Source of the DNA: Delftia acidovorans NBRC 14950
GTDB lineage: Bacteria > Pseudomonadota > Gammaproteobacteria > Burkholderiales > Burkholderiaceae_C
Reading direction: 5' to 3'
NCBI RefSeq assembly: GCF_001598795.1
Contig: NZ_BCZP01000018.1
Span: 30,001-62,000, forward strand
Length of the DNA: 32,000 bases
The first letter of the stretch is position 1; every line of letters begins with the position of its first letter. Shown one piece after another: positions 17,294-30,813 of the stretch. The notes under the pieces are model-generated. The model was not told the origin of the DNA. It was given only the letters and a program-made list of their open reading frames with translations, and searched no databases. Both the position numbers and the translations under genes were made by a program.

Positions 17294-18466
17294 CTACAGG
17301 CGCTCGATGATGGTGACGTTGGCCATGCCGCCGCCCTCGCACATGGTCTGCAGGCCGTAGCGCCCGCCGCGCGCATGCAGGGCGTGGACCAGCGTGGCCA
17401 TGAGCTTGGTGCCCGAGGCGCCCAGCGGATGGCCCAGCGCAATGGCGCCGCCGTTGACGTTGAGCCGCGCCGGATCGGCGCCCGTGGCCTGCAGCCAGGC
17501 CAGCGGCACGGGGGCAAAGGCCTCGTTGACTTCGTACAGGTCGATGTCGGAGATGCGCATGCCGGCCTTCTTCAGCGCGGCCTGGGTGGCTGGGATGGGG
17601 GCCTCCAGCATGATCACGGGGTCATGCCCCAGCAGGCTCATGTGGTGGATGCGCGCCAGCGGCTGCACGCCCAGGGCCTTGAGGCCGCGCTCGCTGACCA
17701 CCATGACGCCGCTGGCGCCATCGCAGATCTGGCTGGCCGTGGCCGCCGTCACGCAGCCGCCTTCGCGGATGGTCTTGACGCCGGCAATGCCTTCCAGCGT
17801 GGCGTTGAAGCGTATGCCTTCATCCACCGTGTGCGGCTGGCCTTCGCCTTCGGCGCTGCGCGCCTGCACGGCCAGGATCTCGCGGTCGAAGCGGCCCTCG
17901 CGCGCGGCCTGCACGGCGCGCTCATGGCTTTGCAGCGCATAGGCGTCCAGCTGGTCCTTGGTCAGGCCGTACTTGCCGGCCATCATCTCGGCGCCCATGA
18001 ATTGGCTGAACTCCACGCCCGGGTAGCGCTGCTGCATGGCTGGGCTCATGTACACGCCCAGGCCGGCCTTGGCGGGCAGGGCGTTGGGCGTGCCCATGGG
18101 CACGCGCGACATGCTCTCCACGCCAGCGGCGATCACCATGTCCATGCTGCCCGACATCACGGCCTGGGCCGCGAAATGCAGGGCCTGCTGGGAAGAGCCG
18201 CACTGCCGGTCCACCGTGGTGCCCGGCACGGACTCGGGCAGGGACGAGGCCAGCACCGCGTTGCGCGCCACGTTCGTCGCCTGCTGGCCGACCTGGCTGA
18301 CGCAGCCCATGATCACGTCCTCGACCTGGGCCGGGTCGGCCTGGCTGCGGCGCACCAGCTCGTCCAGCACCTGGGCCGCGAGATCGGCCGGATGCCAGCC
18401 CGAGAGCTTTCCGCCGCGCTTGCCGCCCGCCGTGCGCGTGGCGGCGACGATGTATGCCTGTGCCAT
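17294..18466 (-). CDS. Acetyl-CoA C-acyltransferase (thiolase)
   Basis: Track ORF 17294..18529(-). The start is at the 22nd codon (MAQAYIVAATRTAGGKRGG), preceded by AGGAGA. The nucleophile region VDRQCGSSQQA and the C-terminal CEGGGMAN are present. Confidence 0.92.
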   Translation of the reverse strand: MAQAYIVAATRTAGGKRGGKLSGWHPADLAAQVLDELVRRSQADPAQVEDVIMGCVSQVGQQATNVARNAVLASSLPESVPGTTVDRQCGSSQQALHFAAQAVMSGSMDMVIAAGVESMSRVPMGTPNALPAKAGLGVYMSPAMQQRYPGVEFSQFMGAEMMAGKYGLTKDQLDAYALQSHERAVQAAREGRFDREILAVQARSAEGEGQPHTVDEGIRFNATLEGIAGVKTIREGGCVTAATASQICDGASGVMVVSERGLKALGVQPLARIHHMSLLGHDPVIMLEAPIPATQAALKKAGMRISDIDLYEVNEAFAPVPLAWLQATGADPARLNVNGGAIALGHPLGASGTKLMATLVHALHARGGRYGLQTMCEGGGMANVTIIERL

Positions 18467-18505
18467 GGATATGTCTCCTGTTCCTGTATTCCTGGGGGGA
18501 TGGTG

Positions 18506-18527
18506 GCCCGGCCGGCGCGGGCCGGGC
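18506..18527 (-). other. 8-bp GC hairpin adjacent to palindrome site 3
   Basis: gcccggcc (18506-18513), loop ggcgcg, ggccgggc (18520-18527). Confidence 0.4.
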
Positions 18528-18546
18528 ATCGTCGCAAGCGACGATT
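18527..18546. promoter_or_regulatory. Palindrome site 3: CATCGTCGcaagCGACGATt
   Basis: The extended perfect inverted repeat is ATCGTCGC-AA-GCGACGAT. It lies between the SDR stop (18600) and the thiolase ATG (18466). Confidence 0.55.
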
Positions 18547-18599
18547 CCGGCCAGGGAAAACGCGGGGACGGTGCCTGCCGTGAGGCCTGGGCTGTACGC

Positions 18600-19382
<783 letters not shown>

Positions 19383-19503
19383 GTGAAGGTCTCCTTGGTT
19401 GGTGCGTTGGCGGCACGCCGTTGCCTGTCGCCTTGGATCGGGACAGGGGGCGGTTCGCCACCTATGATCTGCCTTCAAGTCTAGGAATCGCCCCGTCTTG
19501 CCG

Positions 19504-19525
19504 CCATCGTCGAAACCGACGAAAG
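19504..19525. promoter_or_regulatory. Palindrome site 2: ccCATCGTCGaaacCGACGAAag, in the divergent regulator/operon control region
   Basis: It has the same TCGTCG-N4-CGACGA core as sites 1 and 3. It lies 39 nt upstream of the regulator ATG (19564) and 122 nt upstream of the first operon ATG (19382). Confidence 0.55.
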
Positions 19526-19563
19526 TGCCCGGTGCCTCACCCCTTCACAGTGCCCCTGCCTGC

Positions 19564-22338
19564 ATGCAGCCCCCAGCGCCCACCCCTTCCTCCGGCCCCG
19601 GTCCGGGTTCCGGCTACGTGCCGCAGGCCAAGCTGAGCCCGCCGCGCGCCGCTGCCGCCCAGGTGGCCCGGCTGGCCGTTGCCGCGCGCTGGCCGGAGGC
19701 CTTGCGCGCCCGCGTGGTGCTGGTGCGCGCGCCGGCCGGCTTCGGCAAGACCACGGCCATGCGCCAGATGCGCGAGCGCCTGCAGGCCGAGGGCCAGGCC
19801 ACGGCCTGGCTGACGCTGGATGCCGCCGACAACGATGTCTCGCGCTTTCTGCAGTGCCTGGGCGCGGCCGTGCGCACCCTGGGGGTGGGGCCGTCGCAAG
19901 GCGCCGGCGAGTTGTCCCAGGCCCTGCATGCGCTGGCCGGCGAGGGCCGCTCCTTTGCGCTGTTCATCGATGATTTCGAGGTGCTGCACAACGATGCCGT
20001 GCTCGGCCTGGTGCGCCAGCTCATGGAGCAGCTGCCCGAGCGCGGGCGCCTGGTCATAGGCTCGCGCGCGCTGCCGGCCCTGGGACTGGGGCGGCTGCGC
20101 ACCAGCGGCCAGTTGCTGGAGATCGATGCGGCGCTGCTGCGCTTTTCCGTGGGCGAGGCCGAGGAGTTCTTTCGCCTGCGCGGCTGCCCGCTGCCGCGCG
20201 AGGCCCTGGCGCGGCTGCTGGACAAGACCGAAGGCTGGATAGGCGCGCTGTGGCTGGCCTCGCTGGCGCTGGAGCGCCATGGTCCGCACAGCGATTTCAT
20301 CGAGCGCTTCTCGGGCTCGGAGCGCGCCGTGGCCGACTACCTGGCCGAGGATGTGCTGGCCCAGCAGCCCGCGTCCGTGCGCGACTTCCTGCTGCGCACC
20401 AGCATCCTGCGCACGCTGGACGCCCAGGTTTGCCAGGCCCTGGTGCCGCGCGCCGACGGCGCCGCCATGCTGCAGGCGCTGGAGCAGGCCCACCTGTTCC
20501 TGGTGCCGCTGGCCGACGAGGCGCAGGGTGGCCAGGGCGGGCACAGCTGGCGCTACCACAGCATGTTTGCCGACTTCCTGCGCGCGCAGCTGCTGCGCGA
20601 GCAGCCCGGTGAATTGACGCGCCTTCACCTGGCGGCCAGCGGCTGGTACGAATCCTGCGGCCGGCCCGTGCCCGCCATCGAGCATGCGCTGGAAGGCGGC
20701 GACCTGCCGCATGCCCTGTCCCTGCTGGCGCGCCATGCCGAGGCGCTGATGGAGCAGGGCCGCATGCGCCTGCTGTCGCGCTGGTTCTCGGCCATGCCGG
20801 CGCCGCTGATGGCGCGCGAGCCGCTGCTGCAGGCCGTGGCCGCCTATGCCGACTGCTTCACGCGCGGCCCCTGGCAGGCGCAGCAGCGGCTGGACGCCTT
20901 GCGGCCCCGCATGGCCGCAGACCCCGCCGCGCAGGCGCTGGTCATGGCCCTGCAGCCGCTGCTGCTGGCCATGATGGACCGCGTGGAAGAGGCGGCGCCC
21001 CTGGGCCGCCAGGCGCTGGCCTGCCTGCCCAGCTGCCGGCCGTTTGCGGACAGCTCGCTGACCAATGCCATGGCCTACGTGGTGTCGGTGCTGGGCGATG
21101 CCGAGGAGGCCCACCGCCTGCTGGACGCGGCGCGCAGCACCCAGGCCGGCAGCCTGTTCAGCCGCATGTACACCGAGGCCATGGAGGGCGTGCTGGACCT
21201 GTCGGGCGGGCGGCTGCGGCAGGCGGCATCGCGCTTTCGCGTGGCGCTGGCCGCCACGCCGCGCAGCGCCTCCTACAACCCCACCAACGGCAATGCCTGG
21301 GCCGGCGTGCTGCATGCCGGCGTGCTCTACGAGACCAACGACCTCGATGGCGCCGACCACCTGCTCAACGTCTACCTGCCGCTGGCCCGCGACGTGGGCC
21401 TGCCCGACCATGTGATCTCCAGCTACCGCATGCGTGCGCGCATTGCCTTCGTGCGTGGCGATGTGGATGCGGCCTTCGGCCTGCTGACCGAACTGGAGTA
21501 CCTGGGGCATGAACGCCAGCTGCCCCGCGTGACGGCCAGCGCGCGGCTGGAGCATGCGCGCATCTTCGTGCTGCAGGGCAACCGGGCCGCCGCGTCCGAG
21601 GCGCTGGAGCGTGCTGACGATCCCGGCGTATGGCCGCGCGTGGAACGCCTGCGCCTGCCGCCGCACGAGGTGGAGGACATCGCCATCGCCCGGCTGCGCT
21701 GGGGTCTGCACTTTGGCGACTGCCGTGCCGTGCGCGATGCCATCGCCCCCTTGCTGGCCGATGCGCAACTGCGCGGGCGCCGCCACCGCAGCCTCAAGCT
21801 GCAGGTGCTGTGCGCGCTGGCCGAGGCGGGCTGCGGCGACTTGGACGCCGCAGCCGCCATGCTGGCCCAGCCGCTGCGCCACGGTGCCAGCGAAGGCTTT
21901 GTGCGCCTGATGCTCGATGAGGGGCCGCTGCTCGCGCCCGTGCTGCAGCGCGTGCTGTCGCCCTCACTGTCGCCTTCACTGCCGCTTTCACTATCGCGCC
22001 GCACGGAACCGGCGGAGCCGGAGGCTGCCGCCCATGCACAGCGGCTGCTGTCTGCCCTGGGCGAGCCTGCCGAGTCCGCCGATCCCCCCGAGCTGCAGGC
22101 AGCGGATGCGCCCCAGGGCCCGGCGCCCGCCACCGTGCTTGCCGAGCCCCTGACCCGCAAGGAGCTGCGCGTGCTGGAGCTGCTGGCCTCGGGCTACTCC
22201 AATGCGGCCATGGCCGAGAAGCTCTTCGTCTCCGACAGCACGGTGCGCACCCACCTGCGCAGCATCAACCTCAAGCTGGGCGCGCGCAGCCGCACCCAGG
22301 CCGTGGCGCTGGCGCGGGAGCTGCGGGTTTTGCGCTAG
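19564..22338 (+). CDS. Large ATP-binding LuxR-family (LAL / MalT-like) transcriptional regulator
   Basis: Track ORF 19498..22338(+), which opens on TTG. I prefer ATG 19564 because 19504-19525 is a motif shared with two non-coding junctions. Walker A is VRAPAGFGKTTA, the central region is long and helical, and the C-terminal LuxR/GerE HTH is LTRKELRVLELLASGYSNAAMAEKLFVSDSTVRTHLRSINLKLG. Confidence 0.88.
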   Translation: MQPPAPTPSSGPGPGSGYVPQAKLSPPRAAAAQVARLAVAARWPEALRARVVLVRAPAGFGKTTAMRQMRERLQAEGQATAWLTLDAADNDVSRFLQCLGAAVRTLGVGPSQGAGELSQALHALAGEGRSFALFIDDFEVLHNDAVLGLVRQLMEQLPERGRLVIGSRALPALGLGRLRTSGQLLEIDAALLRFSVGEAEEFFRLRGCPLPREALARLLDKTEGWIGALWLASLALERHGPHSDFIERFSGSERAVADYLAEDVLAQQPASVRDFLLRTSILRTLDAQVCQALVPRADGAAMLQALEQAHLFLVPLADEAQGGQGGHSWRYHSMFADFLRAQLLREQPGELTRLHLAASGWYESCGRPVPAIEHALEGGDLPHALSLLARHAEALMEQGRMRLLSRWFSAMPAPLMAREPLLQAVAAYADCFTRGPWQAQQRLDALRPRMAADPAAQALVMALQPLLLAMMDRVEEAAPLGRQALACLPSCRPFADSSLTNAMAYVVSVLGDAEEAHRLLDAARSTQAGSLFSRMYTEAMEGVLDLSGGRLRQAASRFRVALAATPRSASYNPTNGNAWAGVLHAGVLYETNDLDGADHLLNVYLPLARDVGLPDHVISSYRMRARIAFVRGDVDAAFGLLTELEYLGHERQLPRVTASARLEHARIFVLQGNRAAASEALERADDPGVWPRVERLRLPPHEVEDIAIARLRWGLHFGDCRAVRDAIAPLLADAQLRGRRHRSLKLQVLCALAEAGCGDLDAAAAMLAQPLRHGASEGFVRLMLDEGPLLAPVLQRVLSPSLSPSLPLSLSRRTEPAEPEAAAHAQRLLSALGEPAESADPPELQAADAPQGPAPATVLAEPLTRKELRVLELLASGYSNAAMAEKLFVSDSTVRTHLRSINLKLGARSRTQAVALARELRVLR
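21955..21990. repeat. 12-nt in-frame tandem repeat x3 (ctgtcgccctca / ctgtcgccttca / ctgccgctttca) in the linker before the HTH
   Basis: It encodes LSPSLSPSLPLS. A degenerate fourth unit follows at 21991-22002. Confidence 0.6.
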
Positions 22339-22350
22339 GCCGCTGGCGGC

Positions 22351-22809
22351 TCAAGCCTGCAGATGGCGCGCATAGGTCAGGAACACTTCGTCACGCACCC
22401 AGCCCAGCGACTCGTACAGCGCCTGGGCGCGCAGGTTGTTGCGGGCCGTGGTCAGGTCCATGCGTGCATGGCCCGTGGCGCGGGCATGGGCTTCGGCCGC
22501 CTGCAGCAGGGCGCGGCCCACGCCCAGGCGGCGCGCATCGGGCAACACGAAGAGGTCGTAGAGCACGTAGATGGGCGCGGCCAGCACGGAGCAGAACGAG
22601 GGATAGAGCTGGCAAAAGCCCAGGGCGCTGCCGTCCGGTCGGCGGGCCAGCAGGATCACGGATTCGCCGCGCTCCAGCCGCGCCGTGATGAAGGCCAGCG
22701 CCGCGTCGGCATCCGCAGGTTGCTCGTAGAACTGGCGGTAGGCATCGAACAGCGGCGCGATCAGCGCGGCGTCTTCGGGGATGGCGGTGTGTATGGCTGT
22801 TGAGTTCAT
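22351..22809 (-). CDS. GNAT family N-acetyltransferase
   Basis: This is the C-terminal 152 aa of track ORF 22351..22992(-), starting MNSTAIHTAIPEDAALI. An acetyl-CoA-binding-type motif is present (ARRLGVGRALL). It is convergent with the regulator with only 12 nt between the stops. Confidence 0.85.
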   Translation of the reverse strand: MNSTAIHTAIPEDAALIAPLFDAYRQFYEQPADADAALAFITARLERGESVILLARRPDGSALGFCQLYPSFCSVLAAPIYVLYDLFVLPDARRLGVGRALLQAAEAHARATGHARMDLTTARNNLRAQALYESLGWVRDEVFLTYARHLQA

Positions 22810-22937
22810 CGGTGGTCCGGGGCTGAGGTTGCCAGCATGGCGCAGGGCAAGGATGCCGTGCTCATATCTTTGCTGAATCTCTCCATTTGGAGATGTGATT
22901 TGACCTGGATCATGGACAGGCGGAACACTTCCGGCCC

Positions 22938-25280
<2,343 letters not shown>

Positions 25281-25290
25281 AGTGCAAGGC

Positions 25291-25572
25291 ATGGAAGAAC
25301 TGGCCGCCGCCATCCTGCGCGAATTGGCCACCGAGCCCGCACCCATGTCCCTGCCCAGGCTGGGCAAGCGACTGGGGCAGGGCGCCAGCGTGCTCATGCG
25401 CTGCCTGGCGCTGATGGGCGATGCGCCCATTGCCGGCACACCGGGGCCGGGCTGGGTCAGGCTGGAGCAGGAAGAGGGGCGGTGGCTGGCGGCCCTGACG
25501 GAGCGCGGGCGCTTGTGGGTGGAGGCCGAGGCCTGTCAGGCGCTGGCCGAAGGCACGGGACGCGTGCGGTAG
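25291..25572 (+). CDS. Small hypothetical protein (93 aa), possibly winged-helix-like
   Basis: Internal ATG of track ORF 25027..25572(+), 10 nt after the ydeP-like stop. It starts MEELAAAILRELATEPAPMSLPRLGKRLGQGASVLMRCLALMG. Third positions are strongly G/C. It overlaps the convergent U32 gene 3' end by 37 nt. Confidence 0.5.
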   Translation: MEELAAAILRELATEPAPMSLPRLGKRLGQGASVLMRCLALMGDAPIAGTPGPGWVRLEQEEGRWLAALTERGRLWVEAEACQALAEGTGRVR

Positions 25573-27542
25573 AACTGCATCGGAAACTCCTGCATTTCCT
25601 TGGCGTGCTGGTTGATCACCGCGCGCTTCATCTTGCCGACCACGTGCATTTCGCAGGGCTTGCAGTCGAAGCGCAGCGTGAGTTTTTCCTTGCCGTTGAT
25701 CAGCTGCAGCGGCTCGGCCTTGATCGTGCCCTTGACGCCGATGACGCCCTTGGCCTGCTTGGGGCACAGGCTCATGGAAAAGCGCACGCAATGCTTGGTG
25801 ATCATCAGGCTGACTTCGCCTTCTTCTTCCTTGCTCTCGTAGGCCGCGTCCATGACCTTGACGCCGTGCTTGATGTAGAAGTCGTGCGCCTTCTGGTTGT
25901 AGACGTTGGCCAGATAGGTCAGCGTGTCCTCGGGGAAGGGCACGGGCGGCTCCACGGGCATGGCGCGCGGCAGGCGCACGAAGCCGGCCTGGCGCGCGGC
26001 CTCCAGCGCGGCGACGGCGTCGCGGCGCAGCTGGTTCAGGGCCGAGGCCGGCACGAACCAGGGCTGGCTCAGCTGCAGGCCGATGTCATGCACGGAGAAG
26101 ATGGTGGCGCCGAAGCGGCCCAGCTGCTCGCGCAGCGTGGCCTCGGCACGGGCTGCGTCGGTGGCGGCCTGGTGTTCCTGCACGATGGCGGCGGTGGCGG
26201 TGAAGCCGTCCTCGTCGGTCAGCGTGAGCGCAAAGCCGTCGGGCGTTTCCTTGAGTTCGGCCCACAGGCCGATGCGGCGGTCGCTGGACTTCTTGTCCAG
26301 CGTGCGCACCCAGGCCATGTCGCGGTTGCGGTTGACCTCCAGGCCCTTGCGCAGGTCCTTGAAGCCGGCGATGGGGTCCTTGGGGAACAGGCGCCACAGC
26401 GACTTCTTCGCATCCACCGACTCGGCGCGGTTGATCTGCAGGCCCACCAGTTCCTTTTGCAGGTCGTAGTAGCACAGGCCGTCGCCGTTGTGCAGTTCGG
26501 TGTCGCGGCTCGATGTCTCGATCTCCACGAAGTTCTCGCCCACCTTGGTGACCCAGCCGATGGCGCGGCCCGGCGTCTTGGGCGTGTCGAAGGCGCCGAT
26601 GTCGTCCTTGCGGCCGTTGACGAAGTAGTCGGTGAACTCGCGGTTGAAGTTCTGGTCGGGGTCGGGCGTGAAGCTGAACGTGGTGCTGCCCGAGGACGAG
26701 CGCGCCAGGGGCGTGTCGGAGAACTCGCGCTCCTCGATGATTTCGTCCAGCAGCTTGCGGTAGTGGGCCGTGATGTTCTTCACGTAGCCCATGTCCTTGT
26801 AGCGGCCCTCGATCTTGAAGCTGCGCACGCCGGCGTCGATCAGGGCGCGCAGGTTGTCGCTCTGGTTGTTGTCCTTCATGGACAGCACGTGCTTTTCGTG
26901 GGCGATGATGCGGCCGCTCGCGTCCAGCACCTCGTAGGGCAGGCGGCAGGCCTGGTTGCAGTCGCCGCGGTTGGCGCTGCGGCCCGTGTGGGCGTGGGTG
27001 ATGTAGCACTGGCCCGAGTAGGCCACGCACAGCGCGCCGTGCACGAAGAATTCGATGGTGGTGCGCGCCGGGTCGGTGGCCGCGCGCACGGCGGCGATCT
27101 GCTGCAGGTCCAGCTCGCGCGCAACGACGATCTGCGACAGGCCGGCGTCCTGCAGGAAGCGCGCCTTCTCGGGCGTGCGGATGTCGGTCTGGGTGCTGGC
27201 GTGCAGCTGGATGGGCGGCAGGTCCAGCTCCAGCAGGCCCATGTCCTGGATGATCAGCGCGTCGGCACCGGCCTCGTAGATCTGCCAGGCCATCTTGCGG
27301 GCGGCCTCCAGTTCATCGTCGCGCAGGATGGTGTTGAGCGTGATGAAGATGCGGCTGCCGAAGCGGTGCGCGTGGTTGATCAGCCGCTGCAGGTCGCGGA
27401 TGTCGTTGCCTGCCGTGGCGCGTGCGCCGAAGGCCGGGCCGCCGATGTAGACGGCGTCGGCGCCATGGTTCACGGCCTCGATGCCGATGTCGGCATCGCG
27501 CGCGGGTGACAGGAGTTCGAGCTGGTGGGGCAGGAGGGACAT
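25536..27542 (-). CDS. Peptidase U32 family protein, RlhA/YdcP-like (long form)
   Basis: Track ORF 25536..27698(-). The start is at the 53rd codon (MSLLPHQLELLSPARDADIGIEAVNHGADAVYIGGPAFGARA). At 668 aa it is close to the long U32 paralogue YdcP/RlhA rather than YegQ or UbiU (sizes recalled from memory). Confidence 0.88.
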   Translation of the reverse strand: MSLLPHQLELLSPARDADIGIEAVNHGADAVYIGGPAFGARATAGNDIRDLQRLINHAHRFGSRIFITLNTILRDDELEAARKMAWQIYEAGADALIIQDMGLLELDLPPIQLHASTQTDIRTPEKARFLQDAGLSQIVVARELDLQQIAAVRAATDPARTTIEFFVHGALCVAYSGQCYITHAHTGRSANRGDCNQACRLPYEVLDASGRIIAHEKHVLSMKDNNQSDNLRALIDAGVRSFKIEGRYKDMGYVKNITAHYRKLLDEIIEEREFSDTPLARSSSGSTTFSFTPDPDQNFNREFTDYFVNGRKDDIGAFDTPKTPGRAIGWVTKVGENFVEIETSSRDTELHNGDGLCYYDLQKELVGLQINRAESVDAKKSLWRLFPKDPIAGFKDLRKGLEVNRNRDMAWVRTLDKKSSDRRIGLWAELKETPDGFALTLTDEDGFTATAAIVQEHQAATDAARAEATLREQLGRFGATIFSVHDIGLQLSQPWFVPASALNQLRRDAVAALEAARQAGFVRLPRAMPVEPPVPFPEDTLTYLANVYNQKAHDFYIKHGVKVMDAAYESKEEEGEVSLMITKHCVRFSMSLCPKQAKGVIGVKGTIKAEPLQLINGKEKLTLRFDCKPCEMHVVGKMKRAVINQHAKEMQEFPMQFYRTRPVPSASA

Positions 27543-27599
27543 GGGGCTTTGTGGTGTTCTGTGTTCGTACCCGCACCGGCATGGGGGCCGGGCGTCGGG

Positions 27600-27740
27600 C
27601 GCAATGCGGGGGAAACTGGCCCCCACGCTACCCTTGCTGCGCAAGGTCCGCTGCCCCCCAAGGGGGCCGCTTTTTGTCTTGGGGCGGCCCGGCGACAAAA
27701 AAAGGCCCCCACTCTTGGGGCGGTCCGGCGACGAAAACCT
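27600..27740. repeat. REP-like GC-rich palindromic elements, including two 24-nt direct repeats with a 36-nt period
   Basis: tcttggggcggcccggcgacaaaa (27677-27700) and tcttggggcggtccggcgacgaaa (27713-27736) match at 22 of 24 positions. Upstream lie the C5/G5 palindromic segments ggcccccacgctacccttgctgcgcaaggtccgctgccccccaagggggccgc. Confidence 0.6.
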
Positions 27741-27866
27741 CGCAGCCCGCTTGCGGTGAGGCGCAGCATTATCGCCGCAGCACCGAAAAAACGCGCGCCA
27801 GGGGGTATGCGCCCGATGCCCTGGCGGGCGGCGCCGGTTTTTGCCTATCCTTTAGGATGCGCACTG

Positions 27867-27904
27867 CACGGGCCGGGCCGCCATGCCGGATACCCCGGCC
27901 CGTG
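27867..27904. repeat. Perfect 11-bp GC hairpin (cacgggccggg / cccggcccgtg) in the spacer upstream of the orphan SBP
   Basis: The left arm is 27867-27877, the loop is 16 nt, and the right arm is 27894-27904. Shortly after it comes the 14-nt palindrome tgcccggccgggca, whose coordinates I did not pin. Confidence 0.6.
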
Positions 27905-28045
27905 CCTGCCCCGCCCCGGGCCTGATGCGCGCTTTCTGCGCCAGGCCTTGCCCGGCCGGGCAGCGCCCGAGTGGGCCACGCCGCAGCGGATTTCGTTTGC
28001 CAGGGCGCCTGTTTCACAGATTGACCGTTTTTTCCAGGAGTTGCC

Positions 28046-30746
<2,701 letters not shown>

Positions 30747-30813
30747 GCCTGCGCCGCCGGCCCCTTGCCGGGGCTGCGCAGCGGCAGTGCCCCGTCTTCA
30801 CTCCCCTTGCAAT

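Noticed and set aside
16415-18583. A 722-aa + strand ORF opposite livG and thiolase
   Set aside because: An antisense shadow ORF. The opposite strand has Walker motifs and thiolase active-site motifs.
19537-21882. A 781-aa minus-strand ORF opposite the LAL regulator
   Set aside because: An antisense shadow. The + strand frame has Walker A and a LuxR HTH and runs to a clean stop.
22880-22893. TCTCC-ATTT-GGAGA considered as a defined operator
   Set aside because: The arms are only 5 bp and there is a single copy in the window. This is too weak to call beyond a note in the findings.
27543-28045. Mobile element, tRNA or rRNA fragment in the large spacer
   Set aside because: There is no transposase or integrase ORF, no terminal inverted repeats with target duplication that I could identify, and no tRNA-like T-arm (GGTTCGAATCC-type) or rRNA-like sequence. 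REP-like repeats explain the structure better.
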